Below, one piece after another: positions 37,509-50,829 of a stretch of DNA of 64,000 nt. Location: NCBI GenBank assembly GCA_951406725.2, contig OX597819.1, positions 42,656,001-42,720,000 on the forward strand, given 5' to 3'. The notes beneath the pieces are model-generated. The model saw nothing but the letters and a program-made list of their open reading frames with translations, made no database searches and had not been told where the DNA came from. The translations under genes and the position numbers were made by a program. This DNA is from Octopus vulgaris. Lineage: Eukaryota. Numbering within the stretch: the first letter of the stretch is position 1; each line of letters begins with the position of its first letter.

Positions 37509-40461
37509 TATATATATATCTTATCTTTTACTTGTTTCAGTCATTTGACTGCAGCCATATTGGGACACCTCCTGAAGGGTTTTAGTCGAACAACTCAATC
37601 CCAGGACTTATATTTTTTTAAAGCCTGGTACGTATTCTATCAGTCTCTTTTTGCCAAACCGCTAAGTTACAGGGGCATAAACACACCAACATGAATTGTC
37701 AAGCAGTGGTGGGGAATGAACGCAGGCACAAAGACACATATACATATATATATGACTGGCTTCTTTCAGTTTCCACCTACCAAATTCCCTCACAATGCTT
37801 TGGTTGGCATGAGGCTATAGTAAAAAACATTTGCCCAAGATGTCATGTAATGGGACTGAACCCAGAACCATGCGGGAAGCAAGCTTCTTACCACGCAGCT
37901 GTGCCTGCACCTACACACACACTGGGCTTTTTTCAGTTTATGTCTGCCAAATCCATTCACAAGGCTTTAGTTGACCCAGGGCTATAGTGGAAGATACTTA
38001 CCAAAGGTGCCATGTTGTGAGACTGAACCCAGAAATATGTGGTTGGGAAACAAACTTCTTATCACACAGCCATGTCTGTGCCTGTTATTGTTGTTTGTTT
38101 TTCATTATATCATATAAAATTAATTTATTACCTCAAAGACATAGATGTGTATAGATTCAGGGAAGAAATTGATTGAGATATATTTCATTAGTTCATTAAT
38201 TTATTTGATTGAAATGTAACAAATGATGGTAACAATCTTTATGTGGCTTCGAAATTTATTTAATTAAGCAAAACTTTATTACAACTGAATGGATGGTGGG
38301 TGAAATATTTTATAAATGCTAAGATTGTTGTTATTGTCGTTTTTGTTCTATTTCTTGATCTCTCTTGTAAACCCAGTGTGAAACAGTGAAAGTGGGAGAA
38401 TGGTATGGTGTGGAGTGGGTGGATGGATAGATGGATGGTTGAGGTGGGGTGGGGTGAGTGTTGTACTTTTTGTAATTTAATTATGTGTCTTTACTTCATG
38501 GTGAACAGCTGACATAATAATTAAGTCCTTGATGAGCAATGACTCAGGGAAGTGTCACCTGAATAGTAGTTGTAGTAGTAGTTGTTGTTGTTGTTGTTGT
38601 CATAGCAACCTAGCCTTCCTCTATACAAAGTAGTGGTGTTGGTCACTGCTGTGGTGGTGGTGGTCTTTATGTCATTCAATCCTCATTTTGTCAAATTAAC
38701 AAATTTAGATTTAAAAAGAAAAGAAGCAAAATTGGAAATAGTGTAGTGGGCAGAGTGTAGTTGGTGTGGTGGTGTGCTTCTTTACATAGTTGCAGTGGTT
38801 AGTCAATTCAGAACAAGAAATAGATTTTAAAAAATAAAAAAAAATAACAAATGGCGGTGCCCCAGCATGGCCACAGCTCATTAGCTGAAACTGGAAAAAT
38901 CAAAATCAAAATCAAAACAGAAACAGACAGACAGACATATAAAAAGTGGGGAAGATAGATAACTGGATATACAGACTGAAGAATTGACACCAGAAAGATA
39001 AAAGCTGATCTCAGCAGGATTTGAACTCAGAATGCATACAGCACAAATGAAAACCACAAAGCATTCTATCACAAAGTCGAAAACTCTGCCAATTTGTTGC
39101 TTCTTTATAAAGGTTATACGTCACAATTTTTGATAATCTTTCCTGATAACCAAACACATCAAGAACATCATGTCATGTAGCATAACAAGCAAAAACTTCA
39201 TTTCAAAGTTTAGATATTTTTCTTCGGAGGAGGGGGGGGGGCAGAGAGGAATTCAGGTCTACTACAATTCCTACAAAGCATCCAGTGTGTAAATAAAATT
39301 TTAATAGAAATTGGTAATAGGAAACATGTTTAGGAGAGAGCAAAACAAGTGAGCAAGTAGATTATTTGGGTGTTATTCAGTAGATTCATACATAATTATT
39401 GCCTTCCTGAAATAAAGGTCATATAACGGTTATAAGGTTACATCATAAGGAACAACATCAGCAGACAAAACAGCACAAAAGAACAGAAAAGAAAATAAAG
39501 AAATGTTTCCTCATTTGTCTTTCTCTTTCTCTCCCTCCCTCCCTCCTCCCTATCTCTTTGTCCTTGTGTTTCCTATTCCACCTTTTTCACATTTTTTTAT
39601 GGCACTATCTACATGTGTGTGTGGTGTGAATGTGCTGTAAGGAAAAACAGTTCATCTATACACAGGGCACTTGTGTGTGTTTATTGACATACATATGTGT
39701 GTATTAGTGTGTGTCTGCATTTATGTGTTTGTATGTTTATGTGTGTGCATGGCACACTCAAAGGAGGACAGTCAGCATCCCCATGACATTTGCATCATCT
39801 CAGATAGGTTTGGGAAGGGAGGAATATATATTCATATACATATATATATACATATACATACATATATGCATATACATACATATATGCATATACATACATA
39901 TATTTTTTTTTCTTTTTACTTCTTTCAGTCATTTTGACTGCAGCCATGCTGGGGCACTGCCTTTAGTCGGGCAAATCGACACCAGGACTTATTCTTTGTA
40001 AGCCTAGTACGTATTCTATCGGTCTCTTTTGCCGAACCGCTAAGTTACGGGGGATGTAAACAAACCATAATTGGTTGTCAAGCAATGTTGAGGACACACA
40101 CACACACACACATATGATAGGCTTCTTTCAGTTTCTATCTACCAAATCCACTCACAAGTCTTTGGACAGTCCGAGGCTATAGTAGAAGACACTTGCCCAA
40201 GGTGCTACGCAGTGGGACTGAACATGGAACCATGTGGTTGGCATATACATGCATACATATGGGTGTATATATATATATATAAAATAATAAATATTAGGGA
40301 ATAAATCCAAATTTACAGGGAAAAAATCAGATTTAGGATTAAATCCAATTTTATAGTAAAATATTATAAAATATTATTAGAGACAAAACCACTATTTTGC
40401 AAAACAAACAAGGAAAGACTTAATCAATACATAAAATTTTAATAAATAGTCAAAAAAACCG

Positions 40462-40504
40462 CCACTACAATTGTTTCTTGTCTTGATCGACAATCTTCAG
40501 GTGG
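40462..40504 (-). ncRNA. Minimal type I hammerhead ribozyme (mirror copy)
   Basis: Exact reverse complement of 40552-40594. Confidence 0.85.
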
Positions 40505-40551
40505 ACTTCCAATAAGTCAGTTTCAAATTATGAAACTGACTTATTGGAAGT

Positions 40552-40594
40552 CCACCTGAAGATTGTCGATCAAGACAAGAAACAATTGTAGTGG
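40552..40594 (+). ncRNA. Minimal type I hammerhead ribozyme
   Basis: Helix I ccac/gtgg; core CTGAAGA; helix II ttgtc(gatcaa)gacaa; GAAA; helix III AC-aatt-GT with a self-complementary loop; GUA cleavage site after 40590. Confidence 0.85.
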
Positions 40595-40680
40595 CGGTTT
40601 TTTGACTATTTATTAAAATTTTATGTATTGATTAAGTCTTTCCTTGTTTGTTTTGCAAAATAGTGGTTTTGTCTCTAATA

Positions 40681-40719
<39 letters not shown>

Positions 40720-42367
40720 GTGAAGACATGTTGGGGCAAGCGAAATCGAAATCGAATTGAACCAGCCAGGATCCCTGGTCTGGTGTTACGTAAAAAGCAC
40801 TATCCGACTCGTGGCCGATGCCAGCACCGCCTCGACTGGCTTCCGTGCCGGTGGCACATAAAATACACCAATCTGACCTTGGCCGTTGCCAGCCCCGCCT
40901 GGCACCTGTGCAGGTGGCACGTAAAAAGCACCCACTACACTCACGGAGTGGTTGGCGTTAGGAAGGGCATCCAGCTGTAGAAACATTGCCAGATTAGACT
41001 GGAGCCTGGTGCAGCCTTCTGGCTTCCCAGAACCCTGGTCGAACCGTCCAACCCATGCTAGCATGGAGAACGGACGTTAAACGATGATGATGATGATGAT
41101 GATATGATGTGTGGCTGTGTAGTGAGAAGCTTGTTTCCCAACCACATGGTTTTGGGTTCAGTCCCACTGGTGGCACCTTGGGCAAGTGTCTTCTACTATA
41201 GGCTTTGACCATGTGAGTGGATTTGATAGATAGACTGAAAAAAGCTCATTGTATATGTGTGTGTGTCTTTGCATCTGTGTTTGTCCCTCACCTCTGCTTG
41301 ACAATTGGTATGTGTATGTTTATGTTTCTGTAACTTAGCAGTTCAGCAAAAAAGACTGGTAGTGTAAGTAGCAGTCTTAAAAATTAGTCCTGGGATCGAT
41401 TCAGGTGGACAAAAAATTCTTCAAGGTGGTACCCCAGAATGGCCACAGTCTAATAACTGAAACAAGTAAAAATAAAAGATATAACCATATTAACAGTGTA
41501 GAAGGATGCTCTGAAAGTGCAGCTGCTAGAATAAGAACCAGCTGGGCAAAATTCAGAGAGCAATTACCCTTGTTGGTAACAAAGGACCTCTCTCAATGAT
41601 GCCTGTGTGTGAGCAGGCAAGCTATATGACAGTGAAACATGATTGAGAATGCAGAGGATATACTAGGGCTTAAAAGAAATGAAACCAGCATGCCCCAATG
41701 GATATACATTGTCAGTGTGTTTTGAGAGGAAAATTGAGTATAAGAAGCATCAAATGTAGTGTCCAAGAGAGAAAACTGCATGGGTATGATCATGTGATGG
41801 ATATGGATAAAGATAACTGCATGGAGAAGTGCCAGTCTCTAAATGTGGAGGGAACCTGTGGAAGAGGAAGATATGGGATGAAGTGGTAAAAAGTGATCTT
41901 CAGATGTTGAATTTCGCAGGGGAAATAGGAAAAGACCAAGACAATTGATGATTTTCTTTGCTTCAGAAACCTGTCCAGCTAAGTAAAATCAAGGTCATAG
42001 AGGCATGCCCTTCATGTCCATGCCCCTGTACAGAGTGTCCCTGACAAACCTCTCCCCACATTCTACTTTCCCAACACCTCCTCTCCCATGTTCACCACTT
42101 TCTGTATTCTTCTTCCCTCTATTTCCCACTCTTCCTCAGAAACCTTACTGCATGCAGTTATGTCCCTATCAAATCTTCTCCCCCTGCAATATATCCTCTT
42201 AATACCCCCTCCTTGTACCTGTACCTACTAACTACATTCTTCTCCCCTCCAGCTCCCACTTTCCTTTCACAATCTCACAAACTCACCCAAGGCAATCTCT
42301 GGTTCACTTCACTATACAGACCTCTTTGTAACTTTGGTGTGTACCCTCTCACATCTTTACCACTTTG

Positions 42368-42399
<32 letters not shown>

Positions 42400-45300
42400 T
42401 CCATTCTGTCTCTCTCTTTCTCTTCCTTTGACTTTCTCCAACTGAGGTAACCATGTACCACATCCACTGCAAGACACCTATTTCTGCCCCTCTATTTATA
42501 CTCTAATTTCTCATCATCTGATACAAAGCCACCTCCTTTATTATTACTCCCTCTTCAGTTGAAGGGGTCTTGTCTTGCAAGTTACTTGGTGACCTCAATG
42601 CTGTTCATTCTACATAAAAATCACCCAGTACATTTTTGTAAAGCAGTTGGCATTAGGAAGGGCAACCAGCTGTAGAAACCATACCAAAGGAAACATTGGA
42701 ACTTGACACAGTCTTCTGACTTGCATGCTCCTGCCAGACCATTCAACCTATGCCAGCATGGAAGTAGAACATTAAATGATGATGGTAAATCCATAAATTA
42801 GAAAAAAAACAAAAAAACAAGCCCTCATATAATCGTCAGAGTAGGATATTAATTATTTACATAACACAGGAATACAATATTACTGACCAATTTCACTATT
42901 TTACTATTGGTTTCACACATGAGAGTTTCGGAAAACCAGTCTTGACTAGTTTTCCCAAATCTTGTGGGAAGAGCTGGTTGGAAAAGTATGCTGCAGGCTC
43001 TATACCACTGAAGGTCAGAAAGTTTCACAACTAGTTAGCAGGTATTGTAAAAGCTGGAATAACGAAAGCCATGGAAAAAAGAACCCAGTGAGAAAATAAT
43101 AAGGTTGGGATGGTCATGTCTTGAATATCTTTGATCATAGGTCTGTTCAATCAGAGATACCAAGGGCTAAATAACAACATCTACAGAAAACTATAACAAC
43201 ACTGAACCATTTCTTTCTTTACACACTGTTGCTGGAGTAAGCTGTGTCCCAGCTGTTGCGTCTATTTCAAGGTGAACTGAGCCATTTCAAAGTTAAGTGT
43301 CTTTGCCTTAGACACAACACAGGGCTGGTGTCAGGCTTTGAACTGCTTGATTGTTCAGTTGTTTCTGGTGGTCTAGTACCCTCTCTACTTGGCCATCAGA
43401 AACTACAAAGGCCGTAAATTGAGACAAATAATTTTAGTGAAAATCATAAACTCCACCACTTGACATTTATTTGGGTGGCTTTAGTAGAGTTCACTTGGCT
43501 GTAAGTATTTAGAACACTTCTTTTCCTTCCACCAGTCTCAAAGATCTTTCTAAAATGGTCCCAAGTACTACCCTTCTTCTGACTAACCACAGCATTTATC
43601 TTTTATTTGTTGCAGTCATCTGACTGCAGCTGTACTGGGGCACTGCCTTGAAGGATTTACTCAAACAAATTGGCCCCAGTACTTATATTTTCTAAAGTTT
43701 GATACTTATTCTATTGATCATTTTGCTGAACTAATATATTACTAGATATAAACAAACCAACACCAGTTGTCAAGCAGTAGGGTGGGGGACAAGCACATGC
43801 ATGTACACACACACACTATGCCAACGTGGAAAACAAACATTAACTGATGATGATGAAGATGACATACAGTGGGCTTCCACATAGACTCACAAGGCATTTT
43901 TCAACCCAAGACTATAGTCCAAGGTGCTGTGAAGAAGGACTGAACTTGAAATAGAGTAGTTGCAAAGTGAGCTTCTAAACCACACAACCATAAAAAAAAC
44001 AACTTTTTAAATAGGTACATAGGTACAGGCATGAGTGTACATTTAGAAGCTTGCTTCCCAACCACATGGTTCCTGGTTCAGTCCCATTGTGCAGCACCTT
44101 GGGTAAGTGTCTTCAGCTATAGCCTCGGGCTGATGAAAGTTATGTGAGTGGATTTGGTAGACAGAAACTGAAAGAAGCTCATTGTATGTATATATATATA
44201 TAGGTATATATGTGTGTTTGTGTCTGTGTTCCCCACCACCCTACTGTTTGACAACCAGTGCTGATGTATTTACGTCCCATAACTTAGCAGTTCAGTAAAA
44301 CAGTTCAATATAATGAGTACCAGGCTTTAAAAAGAAAATACTTGGATCAATTCATTTGACTAGAAGTGCCCCAGCATGGCCATAGTCTAATGACTGAAAC
44401 AAGTAAAAGATAAAATATAAAAGATAAACAATATAAATATCTTGATGTAATATGAATTCTAAACTTTTGGATCAGTCTCCAACATTTTAACCAGAAAAGC
44501 CATCTCATGGAATCATATAACCAGTTGCTGTATAATCACAAGTCTGTTCTGCTCAAGAAAACCCATGATCAAAGAGATTCCAGCCATGACCATGTTATTT
44601 TATATTAGTGGTATTTTGGACAATGTTATCTAATGCACTCTTTCCTTATTTAAGACAGTAGGGTACAATCTGAGGGAGATTAGGCTGCTATTTCTAGCAA
44701 GTTTAGTAACCTCATAGAGGCCTCCCTCATTGGAATGATCTTGTATTACATAATGCTGGCAATATTTACAGATGGTTTTTAATTGCCCTGACAAGTAAGA
44801 TTAGTGTTTTAATGACCCAATGGTTATTGCTCCAACTGATATCTGGATGCCAAGTGGTACTTCAAATTTAAGAAGAAAATAGAGAGAAAATATGGTCATT
44901 ATTAAAGTCATAGAAAATATTTACAAGTATGGGCATGAGTCATTTTAAAACTTCACTTTTTAGTGGTAATTATTTCCCCAAAGTGTATTACTTAATATCA
45001 TCCCATCACCAATTATATTCAAAATAATTCCAGGCACTGGCATGGCTGTGTGGTTAAGAAGCTCTTTTTGAAACCTTGTGGTTTTGAGTTCAGTCCCACT
45101 GCACAACACCTTGGGCAAGTGTTTTCTACTGTAGCCCTGAGAGGACCTGTGCCTTTGAGTGGACTTGGTATGTGGAAACTGTGAAGCAGCCTATCATATA
45201 CATGTGTATGTGTGTCTTTGTTGTATCTGTCCACCTCCCACTGCTTGACAACCAGTGTTGCTTTGTTTATGACCTTGTAACCTAGCAGTTTGGCAAAAGT

Positions 45301-45498
45301 GATTGATAAAATGAATACTAGACTTAAAAATAAGTACTGGTGTTGATTTATTTGACTAAACCCTTCGAGGTTTTGAACCCTGCATGTAACTCTTTGGCAT
45401 TTAATGTAAAGTACATAGGAAATATGTTGGTTGGACAGTTCTCTACAATAGAATTAAGACAGAAGATAAATAACATCTTCAAACTACATATTTATGAT

Positions 45499-45536
<38 letters not shown>

Positions 45537-45989
45537 ACTGCAGCCTGTCATGTGGTTGTGCTTGTGCTTGTGCCTGCGCTTATGCTCATGGTCTTTCTCT
45601 CTCTGATCGCACTGTGATCTGTGAGAATTTTGGGTTTCATTTGTAAATCTGAAGTTTGTTTAATGTCTTCCCATAAACGCAGGCATTAGATAGAGTTGTT
45701 AGACTCTTATACTAACATCAACAGGATCCCCATCATACTTGTTCTCATTTAATGTTCATTATACAATTTTTTTCATACTATTTTAACGTGTTTGGTTAGA
45801 AGTCATTTGGGGTTTGGTTTTACAACCAGATACACTTACTCTCACCAACAGTTGACTGATTTCTAGTTGAGGTTTTTTTTTTTAATTCTGGAAGTCTTCA
45901 AAAATAAAGTGGACAGTCATAATGTCAAAAAAGAATTTCAGCAGCCTCACCATTTCACTCAACATTCACTCAACATTCATGCTCATTTA

Positions 45990-46144
45990 CACCAGACTTC
46001 TGTGACTGTTTTGGCAAGATTTTTACAGCTGGATGCCCTTCTTAACATCAACCACTCAGCAGAGTGGGTATCTACTGAGTGGCTGATGTTAGGAAGGGCA
46101 TCCAGCTGTAAAAGTCTTGCCAAAACAGTCACAGAAGTCTGGTG
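45990..46144. repeat. Fold-back (about 70-bp stem) at the 5' end of an RTE 3'-tail copy
   Basis: caccagacttctgtgactgttttggcaaga...ccactcag is inverted at ctgagtgg...tcttgccaaaacagtcacagaagtctggtg. Confidence 0.85.
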
Positions 46145-46220
46145 CAGGCTTCGGCCTGGCTGGCTCTTGTGGAACTGTCCCACCCATGCCAGAATGGAAG
46201 GTGGATGTTAAACGATGAAG

Positions 46221-46264
<44 letters not shown>

Positions 46265-46480
46265 AGAGAAAAACCTCTATTAAACAATTCAATAATGAAA
46301 GGTGTTATTCACACTATATAGAAAACTCCGAATGACTCATCCTTGTTTTTTCATGTCCCTTTTTGTATCATCCAACTGTCTGGATGTTTTGTTGTCGCCT
46401 GTTGCGTTCTTGTCGCATTTTTTGCATTCTTGTTTATATACATATAGCAGCATATGTACACTTTGGTCTCTTATATGTAA

Positions 46481-46517
<37 letters not shown>

Positions 46518-46591
46518 TTATATATTGTGAAATTTGATTTAGAATTGCTAAATTGAATTTTTCCCTGTAAGTTGGGAATTATATTCCCTAC

Positions 46592-46628
<37 letters not shown>

Positions 46629-46794
46629 TATACATACATATATCTATCAGGTGTATAAACAAACAGGCAGGTGTATTAGTTTGACTCTCAGGAAGGTGAG
46701 AAAGTCTTTTACGTTTCGAGCTTACACTCTTCAACAGAAAGGTGGTTAAAGCAAAATAAAACTGGTTTACACACACTGGTTTACACACACACAC

Positions 46795-46827
<33 letters not shown>

Positions 46828-46880
46828 CAACAACATGTAAACAAACTTTTATTTTATTTTAGAAGTATTGAACGTATATC

Positions 46881-47137
46881 ATATTGCACAGACAAGAAGG
46901 TAATATTTTGATTGCAGAATGGTCATAAAAACAACAGGAAGATTAGTATTCAATCATTAAGCTAAAGTGCTTGCTGACAATAATCTCTGTCAAATTAAGT
47001 GCTAAATGCATAGCTTTTCTTTGGAATGCAACAATAACATGACAAATATTTTCTGTCTTATAAGGGTAATAATACTCAATCTTCCTGCTGTTTTCATGGC
47101 TATACTCTGTTCAAAATATTGCCTTGTCTGTATAATA
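46881..47137. mobile_element. Old MITE with about 70-bp imperfect TIRs
   Basis: acagacaag...aatattttga...caggaagatt vs aatcttcctg...tcaaaatatt...cttgtctgt. Confidence 0.55.
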
Positions 47138-47819
47138 TATATATATATATATACAACATTCAAGCGAGGTCATTGCCAGTGCCGCTGGACTGGCTCCTGT
47201 GCAGGTGGCACATAAAAAACACCATTTGAGCGTGACTGTCACCAGTACCACATGACTGGCCCTTGTACCTGTGGTACGTAAAAGCACCCACTACAGTCTC
47301 AGAGTGATTGGCGTTAAGAAGAGCATCCAGCTGTAGAAACTCTGCCAGATCAGATTGGAGCCTGGTGCAGCCATCTGGCTCGCCAGTCCTCAGTCAAACC
47401 GTCCAACCCATGCCAACATGGAAAGCGGATGTTAAACGATGATGATGATGATGATGATGATACATACATTTGTATTTGTGTACCATTTCTCTGTTTTTTT
47501 TCCATCCTTGTTTTTGTATGTATTTGCTGCTTTCTTCCAAGGAATCTAGTGCTCTTAGCTTAGATTTTCCTTGGAGCTGGCCAGATTGGAGCAGTCTTGA
47601 GTATAACCAGCTGAAACTGCAAAGATAATCCGGAAATCGACTGATGAAAGAAAACTCTGAATGACCCATCCTTGTTTTTTCATGTCCCTTTTTGTATCAT
47701 CCATCTGACTGGATGTTTTGTTGTTGCCTGTCACATTCTTGTCCCATTTTTTTGTATTCTTTTACATATTTATATATATGTGTGTGTGCTTTTATTCATT
47801 TATTTATTGATTCATTTAT

Positions 47820-48552
47820 TTCCAGATGCCAGTGTGACTTCAGGAAAGAACATGTGATCATCAGAATGGTGTCTGTTGCTGCTGGACAGCTTTAGGAGAA
47901 GCTTCAAGAACAGAATGCTGACTTATACTTCACCTGCATCAACCAAGGCTTTCAATACTGAGTAGGAAAGAGCACTGGAGAATCATGGCAAAGTTTGGAT
48001 GCCCCAGAATATTCATCACCATCGTACAAAAGCTACATGATAGCATGCTGGCCAAATTTCAAGACAACAGACAGACATTAGAGTTGTTTTCTGTTTCCAG
48101 TAGAGTGAAACAGGGTTGTATCTTTACTTCCACTCTGTTCATCCTCATGTTTTCAGTTATAGTGATAGATGTTTTCAAAGTTGAAAATTCTGACTCAGTT
48201 ACTGCCATTGGTATCAAAGACCATACTGATGGCTCAGTCTACAGTGTCAGAAGGCTTCAAGCAAATTTAGGGTTTCAACAAATAACATGACTGACTTTCT
48301 ATTTTCCAATGATTGTACCTTCAATGCTACCTCAGAGTCTGATATGTTGTACAGTATTGGCAAGTTTTCTGATATCTGTAACAACCTCAGCCAAATGACT
48401 GGTGCAAAGAAAACCAAAGTGATATATTAATGAGCAACAAGTGAATGCAGTGGACAAGTTCTGTTGTCATTGGTGATGAAGTGAATGCCAGATTCACCAA
48501 GGCCAATGTCACATTTGGCAGACTATACAAGAATGTGTGGGACAGGAGAAGC
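47820..48552 (+). pseudogene. Degenerate RTE-BovB-like LINE RT fragment
   Basis: WRIMAKFGCPRIFITIVQKLHDSM...VKQGCIFTSTLFILMFS and ARFTKANVTFGRL, typical of BovB-type RTE ORF2. Confidence 0.65.
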
Positions 48553-49674
48553 ATATGTGTTTGTGTGTGTCTATCAGGTGAAGGCACATGACTTAGTGGT
48601 TAGGGTACTCAGCTCCCAATCATAAGGTTGTGAGTTTGGAAACTGGCAGTGCATTGTGTTCTTGAGCAAGACACTTTATTTCACATTGCACCAGTCCACT
48701 CAGCTGGTAAAAATAAGTAGTACCTGCAATTCAAAAGGGCCAGCCATATCATACTCTGTGTTACACTGAATCTCCCTGAGAACTACATTCAGGGTATGCA
48801 TGTCTGTGGAGTGCTCAGCCACTTGCATGTTAATTTCATGAGCAGATTGTTCTATTGATCAAATCAACTGGAACACTCGTTATCATAATCAACAGCGTGC
48901 CAGTATGTCTATCTGAATGTGTGGATTTGTATGTCTGTTTCTATGCTCATGTTGATGTCGACACCACTTAACAATCAGTACTCCTCTTTTGAACAATTAT
49001 AGCTCTCTAGGCAGTATCCTCATGGAGAAAGTTCCCACCTCCATTTGTTTGTTTGTCTTCCACAACTTAACATTGTGACTGATAGAGTTCAATAAAATAA
49101 GGTTCAGATTTAAAGATAAGAACTGTGGTTGATATGACTGCATGGCTGCAGTTCAATGACTGAAACCTGAAAAATTATAAAATATATATTAAGATTAATA
49201 AAGCTGTAAAATTGAAAAATCTCAACCTAATTGTTTAATCTACTTAAGGCAATTAATCAAATCTACCTCAATAAACTTCTGTTGTATGACCTAAATCTTA
49301 ATTTATCAGATGGTCAATTGGTAGAGATGTATCTGTAGTTAATCTGTAAAGATAGCTTTAAAAGGATCAGCTATTGGGTAAGCATAAGTAGATGAAACAA
49401 TTAAATTAGTATTTCCAAAAATCTAATGAATATCTTTAAGTATATTTATGTATTGAAACTTGCAGATCAATGTTTCTTCTGGAAAAGAGGAAAAAATTCA
49501 ATAACAAAAAAAAAACAAAAACAAATAAAAACAACAACCTGTGATTGTGTGGTTAGAAAGTTTGCTTCCCAACCACATGGTTTTGGATATAGCCCCACTA
49601 TAGAGCACCATGAGCAAGTGTCTTTTACTTTAGCCTCAGATTGACCAAAGCCTTGTGAGTGGATATAGCAGATG

Positions 49675-49862
49675 GGAGTTGAAAAGTTCCTGGCTTTGCG
49701 TAAAAGAAAATACAAGAGTTCAGTTAATTATGATTTTATTGAATGTGTTCCCGTCTCAGTGGTCCTTCAGTTTTTCTAAGCCCTGTAAAAGAACTCAAGA
49801 GGTTGAACCTCCAGCCAGGCCTTTCACAATAACCTTAAAGCTCGGAACTTTTCAGCACCCCC
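49675..49862. mobile_element. Mariner-like MITE
   Basis: TIRs tgaaaagttcc / ggaacttttcagcacccc. Confidence 0.55.
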
Positions 49863-50795
49863 TAGTGTGTGTGTGTGTGTGTATGTGTATGTGTCATGAC
49901 ATTGCATGCGAGTTAATAAGTGAGTGTTCTTGTGTCATGTAAAAAGCACTTGGTCCCCTCTGCTTGGTGGTTGGCATTAGGAAGTGCATCCAGCCATAAA
50001 ATCCCTGCCAAAATAGACACAAAGGTCCTGTCAAACTGTCTAGTCCATGCCAGCACAGAAGATGGTCATTAAACAATGATGATGATGATGTCACCATCAT
50101 GCAAGAGGTATCATTCATTTCCAACGTTCTGCAAAAACAAGTCTGGCCATAGAGAAATATTACCTTGTTTGGAAACAAGCGAGAATTGATGATAAGAAGG
50201 GCACCCAGCTGTAGAAGACTTGTTTTTGTAAACTCCATTTCCCATGCAAGCATGAAAAAGTAGACATTGAAACAGTAGTGGTGGTAGTGGCAGCAGCAAT
50301 GATGATCATGATGACAACAATGATGATGATGATAATGATTTTTTACATTTTTACTTGCTTCAATCATTGCAGAGCAGCTATGTTTGGGGTATTGCGTGCA
50401 AGGTACTAATTTTACACACACACACACACACTCTTGTATACACGTGCATGTGTGTACATATGCAACAAGCTTCTACATAGTTCATGTCTCTTGAATTTCA
50501 CTCCTAAGATACTTATTGGCCAACCTAAAGCAACAGCAGAATGTGAAATGGAATTTTTAACATACAGCCATGTCAATATATATATTTTTTATCCACCACT
50601 GTTTTAAAAAATTGCTTTCCCATAACTCAATGGTTATTCACCATAGCCTTAGGGTCTGTGCAGGGTTAGAAAAGATACAATATGTTGGGATTAACACAAA
50701 TTAGATACCCCACTTCCATACACTAGAAAGTAGATCATATATGAGCGTGCGCGCGCACACACACACACACATGCACATATACATATATACATACA

Positions 50796-50829
<34 letters not shown>

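Larger units (their letters stand above)
40365..40690. repeat. Near-perfect palindrome (arms of about 160 bp, 5-nt loop); probable inverted Penelope-like terminal repeat
   Basis: 40365-40525 is the reverse complement of 40531-40690, apart from one A-run length difference; loop aatta. Confidence 0.92.

Noticed and set aside
47636-47672. Possible hammerhead (CTGATGA...GAATG...ATC)
   Set aside because: The GAAA box is incomplete, there is no convincing helix I, and the paralog near 14740 has CTAAGGA.
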